Part shown: positions 1 to 13,688 of the stretch, one piece after another
How the letters are laid out: each line of letters starts with the position of its first letter
Numbering within the stretch: the first letter of the stretch is position 1
NCBI GenBank assembly: GCA_951406725.2
Contig: OX597814.1
Coordinates: 174,406,001 to 174,470,000 of the forward strand
Reading direction: 5' to 3'
Source: Octopus vulgaris
Taxonomy: Eukaryota
Length of the DNA: 64,000 nucleotides
Program-made: the position numbers and the translations under genes
The notes under the pieces: generated by a model
What the model was told of the DNA's origin: nothing
Database searches by the model: none
What the model saw: only the letters and a program-made list of their open reading frames with translations

Positions 1-78
1 AAATATCTAGATAGGAAGAAGGTAGGTGTAGAAAAAGAAATATATAGGAAAAAAATATATGCACGACCGGGAAATGCA

Positions 79-516
79 GTGCACTGCAACTGCATAAGTG
101 CATCCGAGTGTCCGCTACGTGGTGGATGTCGGGCCAAAAACGTAATCTATTCATGTGAGGTGAGTACCCAGTTTAACACACTCACCTACATAGGTTGCTC
201 GACCTCCTGGAAATCCAGATACTACAACCACCGGTCCTCGTTTAAGCATAGACATAAAGCTAGCAGCACCTCCCTTTCTAAGAAAATTTGGGAATTAAAA
301 GACAAAAGCATAGATTTCAAACTCAGGTGGTCCATCATCGGATCAGCTGCACCTTATTTAAATAATAGAGCAGGATGCCAGCTATGTTGTGTAGAACTCC
401 TGAATATCTTGAAATTCAAGGAGAAACACAATCTTATTAACAAAAGGTCAGAGTTCAAGCCATACACAAACTTATCAATACTTTCAAATACTACAAAGCT
501 TAGGCTGTTATACTAA
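79..516 (+). pseudogene. Penelope-like GIY-YIG endonuclease domain remnant (Naiad-like CxCx5C linker)
   Basis: CNCISASEC..CPL.G.C; VIY..YIG..WKSRYYNH..SF; STSLSKKIWELK; CQLC; LINKRSE. No RT domain upstream within the window. Confidence 0.85.
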
Positions 517-1444
517 CTCCCCCATGCAATTTCCTCCCACCCAAGTGCAACTTGTCGGCTCCAGCGCATCCCGTTTTTTTTTCCTATATATATATATTTT
601 TTCTTTCCTATATATACATATTTTGTCTCCCATATATTTTTTTTCCTATATATTTCTTTTCCTACACCTACCTTCTTCCTATCTAGATATTTTGTTTCCC
701 TATATCTATACCTTTTTCCATTTCTAGCTCTGATGTTGAGTGCACACCACCAAACCCCGCTTCCCACCCTTCCAATTTTCAGTCCCCCCCCGCCCCTACG
801 TGGTCACCTTTAACACACACCTATAACTTTACATTTTCAACCACCCTTTATTTTTACCTTCATTTCATGTTAACCTTTACCCGATTACCTTTTTATTTTA
901 TTTTATTTTATTTTATTTTATTTTTATTTTTTATTTTATTTTTTATTTTTATTTCTAATTCTTATTTTTACCCTTATTCTTACTTCTACTTTTACCCCTA
1001 TTCTATCACTTTATATCTCTATATATGTCTATTTTTAGCTCTTTTTTCCTTATTTACTTATCTATGTATCCGCTTTATGCTTATACGTGTGTCTGTGTAT
1101 GTATGTATATGTATATATGTGTATGCGTATGTATGAGTAAGTATCTGTGTTTATAGGTGTACCCCCTTGTTATATTTTTTTAATAATTCTTTTACATGCT
1201 TTTGTATATTTTTTATATATTTTTTTATACATCTTTTAATATCTTATATCTATACCTATATGTGTGTGTGTCTGTGTATGTAAGTGTATGTGTACACGCA
1301 CATATAGACACACAGATGTGTGATTGTGTGCGTGTGGATACGTGTGCGTGGGTCCGTGTGTATATATATATGCGTATATGTATGTAGACGTGTGTGTGTA
1401 TGTATGCACATATATATGTGCGTGTGTGTATGTGTGTGTATGTA

Positions 1445-1508
<64 letters not shown>

Positions 1509-2684
1509 TGTGTATATATATATGCGTATATGTGTGTGTGTGTATATATATGTATATGTATATTGTCCTTGTATATATATGTATATTCTGTTATAATTTC
1601 TTGCCCGCAAGTTTCTTACGCTCATGTCTACCTTCTGTACCCACTATAATTCCGTATCTTGCCCGTGTGCGGGAATGGATCTTTTTGTTATACCTGTGTC
1701 TGTGCATATACATACTTTTGTGTATAGGCATAGGGATCTACTCCCCCATGTGCGTGGGTGTGGGCGTGAGTGCAGGTATATACATATTTCTGCCCACACG
1801 CATAGATTCACTTCATCTTGTACATGCGTGTAAGTGCGAGTGTGCCTATATGAATGCATGTGCGTGTATGTATATATGTACGTATGCGCGTCGGTTCGTG
1901 TACCCAACTACATGCGCCTTTTTCCATATATATCTGTATATGTTTACACGAGAGTACGTATGTATGCTTGTATGCGTGTAGTTGCGTATGCGTGCGTATA
2001 TGTACGCGTGTATATGGGTGTATGTATCCATGCGTGTATGTATGTACATGATGACCACCTGATACGTTACGATGAACTAGATAAGCGGTTTAACCAAACA
2101 ACTCTAATTTACAATACACTAGGTCCCCAGACGCCCCGGTTGATTTATGACACCCTCGGCTTCTACAACCAGAATTTGTCATTTTCCTGACCACCATGTT
2201 GGTCTGTAACAACTTTATATCCCTTATCCTTATATTCTTTTACATTTCTATATTCTTATATTTCTGATAATTTTTTAATATTTTTTTATAACTTTATATC
2301 TTTATACTCATTTATATTTTTTTATATCTCTTTATATCTTTATACTCTATATTTTTATATTTTTCTATACTTATATTCTTATTTTTCACATTTTTATATT
2401 TTTTTAACCTTCGTCCTGAATTCTCGCCCCTCCATCTTTATCCCTATTTACTCTTATTACCAGGTTCCTTCACGTCTGTCTGTATTTATATATGTATAAA
2501 TTTATTTATTCATTTATTTATATTACCTCAACATCCAAACTTCCGCATTCTACATTGAGAGAAGGACGAGATGGACGCTTCATTTTTATGCTTTTGCCGC
2601 ATTATGTCGTACGCGAATGAGAGGATTTGCATCCCCAACGTAGAATTTTTGATGTAATACATGTCCTTGAGGTAGTAATTGTGC

Positions 2685-2762
2685 GCGGCTGAAGAAGGCT
2701 ATAGACACACATTATGCATTGTTATAAATCCGTCTAATAAAGGCCCGAAACATATGTACCGC
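2685..2762 (+). ncRNA. Minimal type I hammerhead ribozyme motif
   Basis: GCGG-CTGAAGA-AGGCT..GGCCC-GAAA-CATATG-TA-CCGC: stem I GCGG/CCGC, palindromic stem III, GUA cleavage triplet; A.C mismatch at the base of stem II. Confidence 0.75.
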
Positions 2763-2792
2763 TGAATTCTTGGCATCATGTTTTTATTTTGA

Positions 2793-2843
<51 letters not shown>

Positions 2844-2847
<4 letters not shown>

Positions 2848-4199
2848 TCATCATCATCATCATCGTTTAGCGTCCGCTTTCCATGCTAGCATGGGTTGGA
2901 CGGGTCAACTGGGGTCTGTGAAGCTGGAAGGCTTTCGTCAGGCTCAGTCAGATCTAGCAGTGTTTCTACGGCTGGATGCCCTTCCTAACGCCAACCACTC
3001 CGCGAGTGTAGTGGGTGTTTTTTACGTGCCACCTGCACAGCTGCCAGACAGAGCTGGCGAACGGCCACGAACGGATGGTGCTTTTACGTGTCACCGGCAC
3101 GGGGCCAGGCGATGCTGGCAACGGACACGAATGGATGGTGCTTTTACGTGCCACCGACACGGGGCCAGACAGAGCTGGCAAACGGCCACGTACGGACGGT
3201 GCTTTTATGTGTCACCGGCACGGGGGCCAGCCGAGGCTGGCAACGGACGCGAACGGATGGTGCTTTTACGTGCCACCGACACGGTTGCCAGACAGAGCTG
3301 GCAAACGGTGCTTTTACGTGTCACCGGCACGGGGGCCAGCCGAGGCTGGCAACGGACACGAACAGATGGTGCTTTTACGTGCCACCGACACGGGACCAGA
3401 CAGAGCTGGCAAACGGCCACGAATGGATGGTGCTTTTACGTGCCACCGACACGGGACCAGACAGAGCTGGCAAACGGCCACGAACGGACGGTGCTTTTAC
3501 GTGTCACCGGCACGGGGCCAGGCGAGGCTGGCAACGAACACGAACGGATGGTGCTTTTACGTGCCACCGACACGGGCCCAGGCAGAGCTGGCAAACGGCC
3601 ACGAGCGAATGGTGCTTTTACGTATCACCGGCACGGGTGCCAGACGAGGCTGACAGCGGACACGAACGGATGGGTCACTTAACCCCTGCTTTCTGATATA
3701 TGATTTGATTTTGATTGTTCTCACTGGTTTTGCCGGGTCTTCTCACGCACAGCATACTTCCATAGGTCTCGGTCTCTGGTCATTTCCTTGGTGAGACCTA
3801 GAGTTCGAAGGTCGTGCTTCACCACCTCGACCCAGGTTTTCCTGGGTCTACCTCTTCCACAGGTCCTCTCAACTGCCAGGGTGTGGCACTTTTTCACACA
3901 CCTATCTTCATCCATTCTCACCACATGACCATACCAGTGCAATCGTCTCTCTTGCACACAACATCTGATGCCTCTTAGGTCCAACTTTTCTCTCAAGGTA
4001 CTTACACTCTGTCGACTATGAACACTGACATTACACATCCAACGGAGCATACTAGCTTCATTTCTCGCGAGCTTACGCATGTCCTCAGCAGTCACGGCCC
4101 ATGTTTCACTGCCATGTAGCATGGCTGTTCGTACACATGCATCATACAGTCTGCCTTTTACTCTGAGCGAGAGGCCTTTTAGTCACCAACAGAGGTAAG

Positions 4200-4200
<1 letters not shown>
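2844..4200 (-). mobile_element. RTE-clade LINE 3' fragment (ORF C-terminus, 3'UTR, (ATG)n tail)
   Basis: ORF 3721-4122 MLHGSETWA..RLHWYGHVVRM..GRGRPRKTW; (CAT)n at 2844-2863; truncated at the (TA)n array. Confidence 0.9.
3013..3672. repeat. ~60-bp minisatellite (~11 units, two variants) inside the RTE 3'UTR
   Basis: Recurring GGTGCTTTTACGTG(T/C)CACCG(G/A)CACGG..GCCAG..CTGGCAA. Confidence 0.9.
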
Positions 4201-4785
<585 letters not shown>

Positions 4786-5012
4786 TTATGTATGTATGCC
4801 TGTGTGTTGTCCACCCACCATCACTTGACAACCAATGTTGGTGTGTTTATATCCCCATAACTTAGCGGTTTAGCAAAAAAGACCAATAGAATAAGTACTT
4901 GGCTTACAAAGAATAAGTCCTAGGGTCGATTTGTTTGACTAAAATGCCAGTGCTCCAGCATGGCTGCAATCAGATGACTGCAACAAATAAAAGAATATAT
5001 ATATATATATAT

Positions 5013-6781
5013 CTGATTGATTGATTGATTGATTCTAGTTTCAGCTCACGAGCTGTGGCCATGCTGGGGCACCGCCATTTGGTGTTGCTACATGGTTTTA
5101 CTTCACAAGTGCTTTTTAGCAACTGTCATTTGGTGCATGAGAGAGTTCGATGCAGCTGCCCTCATCTGCACCTCCTGCCGTGAAGTTGGTTCATCTGGGA
5201 TACCTGACAAGAAGAGATCCAGTTTCATTTTAAAGACATCTGCATCTACCCCATGCAGGTCTCTTAGGTTCTTCGGGAGGATATTGAAGAGCTGTGGGCC
5301 TCGGAAGCCCAGGCTATCACAGTATCTTGTCCTACATCTTGATGGCAAATTTGGAGTCCTTGGCACCACGCAGTGGCGCCCAGTTCTGGCATTTGTGTAA
5401 CTCTTGATGCCAAAGTTTGGGACAAGTCCTTCCAGGATCTTCCAGATGTATATTATGGCATATCTTTCTCGCCTACGCTCCAAGGAATAGAGTTTTAATC
5501 TCTTGAGTCTTTCCCAGTAGCTTATATGCTGCACAGAGGCTATCTTCTTCGTGTAGCTATGTTGGATCGCCTCAAGTTCTGTGATCAGCTTGACACTGGA
5601 TGGTGACCATAGCTGAGAGCAATAGTCAAAGTGGCTTAGGACAAGTGTCCTCCAGAGGACCATCATGGTTTCTTGTTCTCTTGTTCTAAAGGTTCTAAGA
5701 ATCCATCCGGCCAGTCGTCTACATTTCATTGCCAATTTAGCAACATGTACACGAAAGGTTGCGTCATCACTCATGTAAATACCCAGGTCACGCACTGATT
5801 GTGCCTCTGGGATTGCAATTCCTCCAGGTCCAGTGTATTCATTGGGTATTGCATTTAGTTTTGCATGCTGATAGCATAAAGCTTGAAACTTTTCAGCATT
5901 GAACTGCATGCTATTCTTTTCAGCCCACTTGTATATTTTGTCCAGCTCACATTGCAGGTGTTTAGTGTCCTCAGGGTTCTGTATTGCCTGTGAAACTTTT
6001 GTATCATCTGCATAACTTGTGATCATGGCTCTCTGCGTGGCTGAGGGCATGTCTGAGAGGGCCATTATGAACAGTAGTGGTCCCAAAACAGTGCCCTGCG
6101 GAACACCGCTCACTATTTGCGTGTTAATGGAAGTGGCCCCTACCACCTGGCTACTACCACCTGACTTCTATCTTTCAGAAAGTCATGAAGCCATTCTCCC
6201 AGTTTTCCAACTATGCTAAGATCACGCAGTTTGTGACATATCATTCCATGATCGACTTTATCAAAGGCCTTTCCAAAGTCGAGATATATCACTTCCACAT
6301 TTGAGTGGTTGAGCAGTCGTTTCAGCACCCAGTCATAGTGTTGTAGGAGCTGAGTTAAGCAGCTTCTTCCTGGTCGGAAACCATGTTGGGTGTCAGGCAG
6401 CAAGTCATTTTCTTCAAGAAAGGTGATCAGTTTCCTTCTGACTATTCGTTCCATGACCTTGCTGATGTGTGAGGTCAGAGAGATAGGTCTGTAGTTCTTG
6501 GCCTCCACTCTGCTACCTCCTTTATGAATAGGGCATATTTTACCTTCCTTCAGTTTTCTTGGAAGTTTGCCAGCTGCAAGGAAGCTCTGAAAGAGGAACT
6601 GCAGTGGTCTTGCTAGGACTCTCTTACATACTTTTAGGAGGATTGCCGGGAAACCATCGGGCCAGTAGCTGAGTCTGTTTTAATTTCATCTATAGCCTTT
6701 ATTACATCGTCTTCCTTTATATCGATGTAATCTATCGTCGCTGCCTCTGATTTTATATCTGCAGTGGTAAAGAAGTCAGTT
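5013..6781 (-). mobile_element. CR1/L2-group LINE, 5'-truncated, frameshifted RT
   Basis: NYRPISLTS, QHGFRPGRSC, YLDFGKAFDKV, SGVPQGTVLGPLLF, YADD; frameshift near 6140; (AATC)n tail at 5013-5034. Confidence 0.92.
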
Positions 6782-6799
6782 ATATATATATATATATAC

Positions 6800-7004
6800 C
6801 CTTACTTGTTTCAGTCATTTGACTGTGGCTATGCTGGAGCACCGCCTTTAGTTGAGCAAATCGACCCCAGGACTTATTCTTTGTAAGCCTAGTACTTATT
6901 CTATCGGTCTCTTTTGCCAAGCCGCTAAGTTACAGGGATGTAAGCACACCAGCATCGGTTGTCAAGCGATGTTGGGGGACAAACACAGACACACAAACAT
7001 ATTT

Positions 7005-7055
<51 letters not shown>

Positions 7056-7229
7056 CATATTTACAATGGGCTTCTTCCAGTTTCCGTCTACTAAATCCAC
7101 TCACAAGGCTTTGGTTGGCCCAAGACTATAGTAGAAGACATTTGCCCGAGGTGCCACGCAGTGGGACTGAACCCAGAACCATGTGGTTCGTAAGCAAGCT
7201 ACTTACCACACAGCCACTTCTACGCCTAT
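6800..7229 (-). mobile_element. tRNA-derived SINE, family A
   Basis: Near-identical to copies at 40670, 54300 and 61154 (partial at 4795-4996); head GGCTGTGTGGTAAG..GGTTCAGTCCC; internal (CA)n. Confidence 0.88.
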
Positions 7230-8620
7230 ATATATATGACATAGGAGAGTAAACTGCCAGTAGATCTGGCTATAAAGAATATGTATTAATGATTACTGCT
7301 GAAGGAGGGTGAGACAAGGTGATTATCTCCAATCATTTTCATTAGCCATGAGATGTTGAAAGCGAAGTTAATTGGCAGAGTTAGGTTGCTTTTCTTGGCA
7401 ACCAGTCACAGGTGCAGGTATGGCTGTGATTAAGAAGTTCACTTTGCAACTATGTGGTTTTTGGTTCAGTCCCACCTGGGGCCAGTGTGTTCTACTACAG
7501 CCTTGGTCAATTAATGCTTTGTGACTGAATTTGTTAGATAGAGACTGTGTGGACCCAGCAAAATCAAACCATTGTTCAATTTCATCTTTCTCTCTCTCTA
7601 TTAAAATATATATGCATTTGTAGGTCGTGTGTGTGTGTGTGACTATAATAAATTCATACGTCCATCTCAATATGTTATAATCATCAGAATTGTTTTCCCA
7701 CCATCTTTTATACTGTGTTTCTATTTATCTTTGGTGATTCTCTCATAATTAAAATATTTTTTGATAATATAATAAAAAAATTGTACTGTTGATACTGAAT
7801 TGATGTGATGACAATAATGACAATGATGATGATGATGATGACAATTATGAGGAGGATAGTCATAAAAAAATGATAAGACTGACACAAACGAGATCATTCC
7901 TGCCGTGTTTCTCAAACAGTGAGGATATCAGAGACTGCTACATATTTGATTTTAAACCTTAATTCTAATACAAACTTTAAATTTAGTTTTTCATTATAAT
8001 GTCATTCACTCTTTGTTGACCAGTTATAGATTAATTTGATATTTTTCTAACTTAAGACAGCTTTTTGTTTTGCTTTTGTTCTTATCAGCTTGCCATTTAC
8101 AGTTTTATAGGTTATCAGAGTTGGCTTGGCAACCAGCAGCATTTATGTAAATGCTAGCAATTTTAATAATAATAAATATGCAAGAACAGCCACAGTGGAT
8201 GGGAGATTAAAGTGTCTGACGACTAGTTTCCAAGTTGTATGTTCAACCCTTACAATTGATACAATGGCGTCCCTGTTAACCAAAGTGTATCACTCTCTTT
8301 GCGATTCTCACCGATATTCTCCACCTCCCCAACTACAAATTGGTACCTTTACTACTACATGATTAAATAACTCGCTTTTAAAAAGAAATATTTTAGTTGA
8401 TATGTGATCTAGTGGCTGAGATGTTGGGTTTATGATCATAAGGTAGTGGGGTTGATTCCAGGAGCAAGCAACACATGTCTTTGAGCCAAGTATTGCCTCT
8501 CATGTTGCTCCAGTCAACTCAGCTTGAGTAGCTCTCTTTCACTTCAGCTCTGTAATATTCAAAGTTTCACCAGGTCAAGGATGGGAAGGATGAGATAGAG
8601 TTAATGTTTGCTCACAACCA

Positions 8621-8856
8621 TATCTATCTATCTATCCACTCAGTCGAAGTCGACTCTTGGTTACTCGATGGATCAGTGTCCTCCAGTCAGTTCTATCCTG
8701 GGCCGCTTCTTTCAGATTGGCTATGTCCATTCCGGTATCACTCTTGATGGTGTCAAGCCAGCGGGTTCTTGGTCAGCCTCTTCCTCTCTTGCCACTGACC
8801 ATTCCGAGCATAATGTCCTTCTCCAGGGATTTTCTCTGCATAATATGACCAAAAAT
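8621..8856 (-). mobile_element. RTE (BovB-like) 3' end fragment
   Basis: Minus-strand translation ..LEKDIMLGMVSGKRGRG*PRTRWLD..AAQDRTDWR..; (GATA)n tail. Confidence 0.75.
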
Positions 8857-9330
8857 AATTAGCAAAAGTATGGTACACGCAACCAGGTTGTACTCACTTG
8901 CAAGTGATGGTTATTTTTTTTTTTAAATATACTAGTACCAACAATATCATCATCATCATCATTTAATGTCCATTTTCCTTACTGGCATGAGTTAGTTTGA
9001 CAGGAGCTGGTAATTTGGAGAGCTGCACCAAACCTCAATTGTCTGTTTTGATGTGGTTTCTACAGCTAGATGCCCTTCCTAATGCTGACCACTTTACAGA
9101 GTGTATTGGGTGCTTTCTATGTGGCACCAGCATGGGAGCTTCTTACATGGCACCAGCACAGGTGCTTTCTATGTGGCACCAATCCACATCTATGTCAGAC
9201 AGTGGCTGCCAGAATGTTGGATTTGATAAATTTGGGTTTTATATTGTTGATGTCGTGAAAATTTTAGAAACTTTTGAGAGAGTGTGAAATAATGAATAGT
9301 GGATCTTGAAGCATACATAAGGCTATTAAT

Positions 9331-9548
9331 AATCCCTTCTACTATAAGCACAAGCCCTGAAATTTGGTGGGAGGGGATAAGTCAAACACATCAACTCCAG
9401 TGTGTAACTTGTACTTATTTCATCGATCCTGAAAGGATGAAAGCAAAGTTGACTTTGGCAGAATTTGAACTCAGAACATAAGGACAAACAAAATGCAGCT
9501 AAGCATTTTGCCCAGTGTGCTAACAATTCTGCCAGCTCACCACCTTAA
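9331..9548 (-). mobile_element. tRNA-derived SINE, family B (diverged)
   Basis: Matches the GGCG..GAGCTGGCAGAA..GAGTTCAAATTC family found at 25390, 32110, 32862, 34700 and 52105. Confidence 0.85.
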
Positions 9549-9861
9549 TAAAACTATTAATAATAGCATGTAAAGTTTATAAAATTGTTATGACATCAAC
9601 AGCATACACTCACTGGTAAGAATAAAGTTCCTAAAATGGGTCGAGAAATTTAAGGGATTGCTTTGGTCCAATGGTAGAACACCAGTCATGTCTACAAGAG
9701 AAGTGGGTTCATATCCCACAGACAGCTTTTGACATTTTCTATCCAAAAGGGATTTTCAACCCATTATTTACAAGCTGGTATTTATGGGATTCATGTGTTT
9801 CATCTGTATGGTAATTCTAATCAGAACATCCACACTTAAAAGTTAAGTTCTCTAATTCAAG

Positions 9862-10135
9862 CTAATGTCGCTGGACTGGCTCCTGTGCAGGTGGCAGATA
9901 AAAAGCACCATTTGAGCGTGGCTGTTGCCAGTACCACCTAACTGACCCTCATGCCGGTGGCATGTAAAAGCACCCACTACACTCTCAGAGTGGTTGGCGT
10001 TAGGAAGGGCATCCAGCTGTAGAAACTCTACCAGATCAAAATTGAAGCCTGGTGCAGCCATCTGGTTCGCCAGAACTCAGTCAAATCGTCCAACCCATGC
10101 TAGCATGGAAAGGGGACGTTAAACAATGATGATGA
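9862..10135 (+). mobile_element. RTE 3'UTR fragment
   Basis: Same 3' end as 2844 and 11480-11700; (ATG)n tail. Related relics at 8947-9180 and 14270-14510 on the minus strand. Confidence 0.8.
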
Positions 10136-10614
10136 ATTATTATCTACATGGTTATTATCTAATAAAAATAGTAGCCTTACTAATAGAAATAGTAGCCTTA
10201 TCTCTCACATATCATTTCCTGTTTTAAAAATAAATGACCCCAGCCATATAGCTGAAATGAATAAAAGAACAAAAGAATTGATAATACTATAATTATTGTT
10301 TTAATGTTCAGTTTTCAATGCTTGATTGGGTCAGATGGAATTCATTGAGGCAAATAAAAATTGGATGACCACAATGTGATGCATAATTAGACTGTTTTTG
10401 GTTTATTGGTTGAAGAAGGATTGTATAGAATGCTTAGTATAAAGAACAGAGAAACTTTAAAACAGTGATTGTATGAGCCTAAGAGATAGCAAGTTGGTAA
10501 AAATGGCTACCATCTTAAAAAAAGAAAGGACATATTAAACAATATGGCCTTAGGTATTCAAAAAGATAGGATGGTCATATCTAGAAAGCCTTTGATCTAG
10601 ATCTATTCAATCAC

Positions 10615-10984
10615 AACAGTTACAGGTGCAGCGCCAACAATGTGTACCCAAGGAAATACATTGGGTGTACTGGGAATTCTTTCAAGCAACGTGTTTCCAA
10701 CCATAAATCCTCCTTCAGGTTCCTGGAAAGAAGATACATAACATTGCTGGCCAGTCATGTCTTGCAACTAAGAGACAACAGAATCCCACACTCAATCTCA
10801 TGGAAAATCCTCAAAGACCCAGGCCCCTACATCAACAGGACAAAGTGCTGCAAGTTATGCATAGCTGAACACACGAGAGTCCTAAAAGACTCGCTTGAGC
10901 CAGGGAGCATTCTTAACTCCAGAACAGAGATTTTCAGACCATGTTTCCATTTTAGGAAATTCCTGCTAGTATTTTGGGATCCAC
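10615..10984 (+). pseudogene. Penelope-like GIY-YIG endonuclease fragment
   Basis: YIGCTGNSFKQRVSNHKSSF..ISWKIL..PY..CKLC..E..LNSRTE; joined directly to an RTE fragment at ~10985. Confidence 0.85.
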
Positions 10985-11700
10985 AAGACCTGGGATGAAG
11001 TGGTGAAGCACAACCTTTGAATATTAGGCCTCACCGAGGCAATGACTAGTGACCAAGACCTTTGGAAATATGCTGTGCTTGAGAAGACCCGGCAAGCCAA
11101 GTGAGACCATAACCTCATGGCCTATGCCAGTGGCATATAACCAGCCCACTTATGAGTACCCTTCATTTATTAGACAATAAACTTTGCTTGCAAAGACCTG
11201 TTGAGGGAAATGAGATCGAAATCGAAATCAAATTTGATGACTGGCATCCGTGCTTGTGGAACGCTAAGAGCACCATCTGAGCATGATCGTTGCCAGAGCA
11301 GCTAACTGGTTTTCATGCCAGTGGCACATAAAAAGCATCATTCAAGCGTGATCATTACCAGCGTCGTCTTCCTGGTACTTGTGCCAGTGGCATGTGTAAA
11401 AAGATTCAAGCGAGGTCATTGTCAGTGTCACTGGACTAGTTCCTGTGCAGGTGACACGTAAAAACACCATTTGAGTGTGGCCGTTGCCAATACCACCTGA
11501 CTGGCCCTCGTGCCGGTGGCATGTAAAAGCACCCACTACACTCTCGGAGTGGTTGGCGTTAGGGAGGGCATCCAGCTGTAGAAACTCTGCCAGATCAGAT
11601 TGGAGCCTGGTGCAGCCATCTGGTTCACCAGTCCTCAGTCAAATCGTCCAACCCATGCTAGCATGGAAAGCAGACATTAAACGATGATGATGATGATGAT
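10985..11700 (+). mobile_element. RTE LINE 3' end
   Basis: KTWDEVVKH..DLWKYAVLEKTRQ followed by 3'UTR and (GAT)n tail; homologous to 2844-3840. Confidence 0.85.
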
Positions 11701-12861
11701 AGATTACATGGTTGGAATTCTTAACCACACAGCCACACCTATATCAATTACACAGGACAGAATACCATAAAAATATCATAAATAATTTGTCCTGGAATTC
11801 TATTGTTTCTGCTAATTTTCTATCCTTTACAAAGCAATTATTAACTGCAAAAGGTTCTAGATTATTGAGAGTCCTATTGTTGTTAAAACAAAGTCTACTT
11901 TAATATTATCTAATTTCAATGAGAATCCATGTTTACAGCAACTATTAGATATGCACAAATCATAAGCAATCATAAATCAAAGTTTAACTCATTAGCTGCA
12001 ACAACCCAGAGACAATGATAAAATACTTTGAAGTATTAAGTGAAGCTAGAAACATTTACAAGTTTCCTGTTCACTTAAATGTAACCTTTTCTAAATACCA
12101 TTATACTGGTGTAATTTTGCCAGTGATATTCTGAATCTCATATTAAGTTTTGTGACTGGTCAACATGCTAAAGAAGAAAATATCTTGTAAGATTCATTAC
12201 TCATACAACATATACGCCAACATTTTAACCAACCAGTTTTATCATTAAATTTTTTTTAAATCTTATTTTCTTTTCATTTGATGGAAACTACAAAGAGTGA
12301 CCCGGAATTTGATGGGTAGTATTCAACAAAATCATTGAAGAGGGTAAATTTGTACCTATTTCTATCCTCTAACTTTTTTTTTTCTTTTTCATTGATCTTT
12401 CTTGCATATCAGTTTCTACAATATTGTGTGTCTTAATTAGGTTGTATTACTGACCTAAAATCCAATCAGGAGAAGTGCACTTTATTCTTTGTGGAGAAAC
12501 GAGTGTATTAAATTGTACTAATAGAACAATACTATTTTTACCTTGTTGAATGTGGAGAATGAGGAAGAAGCCATAGCTTTTACAGGCTATCTGAGACCAG
12601 AGAGACTGATAACCTTAATGTCTCCATATATACCCCTGATGTGCTTTCACAATGCAAAAGCTGTTCCTACTTGTTTGGACATGAACTCACCAGGAAGCAT
12701 CTGACTGAGCATACGAAATGTTCAGTAGGTAGTCGACACCCATAGCTAACAGTTGCCTATTGTCCTTCTCTTCCAGATTGTGAAAACTTACCATAACATT
12801 TAATCTAAATACAGTGAAATTTTAAGACTTCATTTTTTTATGGGCATATATGGGTTAATAA

Positions 12862-13172
12862 AAACGTCGCCCTTTTCAAGCCTAGCCAGGCTCATGGGCC
12901 CGGTTTCCCAGTCTGCGGCGTATGTGTTCCCCCCCCCCAGCTGGACGGGACGCCAGTCCATCACAGCGTTACTCAAGAAACAGGAAGAGAGAGTAAGAGA
13001 AAGTTGTTGCGAAAGAGTACAACAGGGGTCACCACCACCCCCTGCCAGAGCCTCGTGGAGCTTTTAGGTGTTTTCGCTCAATAAACACACACAACACCCG
13101 GTCTGGGAATCAAAACTAAGATCCTCCAACTGCGAGTCCGCTGCCCTAACCACTGGGCCATTGTGCCTCCAT
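12862..13172 (-). mobile_element. tRNA-derived SINE, family C
   Basis: Head TGGCCCAGTGGTTAGGGCAGCGG..TTTGATTCCC; second copy at 20518-20787. Confidence 0.85.
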
Positions 13173-13688
13173 ATAGGTTAATACATGCAGGAAAAACATG
13201 AACAGAGATTACCAGAAACCCAATGTTCTGGGATAGGGGAGGTTAGGCATTATAGTTAGTGCAGGGTTTGGGGAAATGAGGCTGAACACAACATGACTGA
13301 TGAGAAGGGGTGAAGCAATGAGTGGAGTGTTTGAATAGAAGTGACATGGGCCCAACCAGATCCAAGGAACAGAAACAGTTGTAGTAGTGATAGAAAAGGC
13401 AGAGAGAGGAGAGAGAATGCCTGTGAGCTAGTGGCTGGAAGGATTGGAAGAGAAGTGGGATAATATTTGAGTGACATTATGTCAATCAACCAAGTGGCTT
13501 TTCTCGGGATGCACTCTAAGGTATGTGTGCAGCAGCACCATCCCTGGTGTGGAAGTAATGCACCACTGTGGGACTCACCTCAGCTTTGTGGAGTGTCACT
13601 AATTGTTGGTGACTGAAGTAACTCTTAGACCTGAAGAGAAGGGAGTTTTTTTGGGATGTGGCACTAGCTTGGCAGTTTTTTGTGTTAA

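Larger units (their letters stand above)
1..2790 (+). mobile_element. 5'-truncated Penelope-like retroelement (GIY-YIG end, long microsatellite-rich 3' region, terminal hammerhead motif, upstream inverted copy)
   Basis: GIY-YIG ORF at 79-516; bases 1-60 are the reverse complement of ~632-691; hammerhead motif at 2685-2762. Boundaries approximate. Confidence 0.75.

Noticed and set aside
2789-3696. 297/212/202-aa repetitive ORFs and CRISPR-like periodicity
   Set aside because: Open in all three frames because of the minisatellite; the inter-repeat segments are themselves repeats, there are no cas genes, and the context is eukaryotic.
9655-9730. tRNA-like A/B boxes here and in SINE heads
   Set aside because: No complete cloverleaf; these are decayed tRNA-derived SINE heads.
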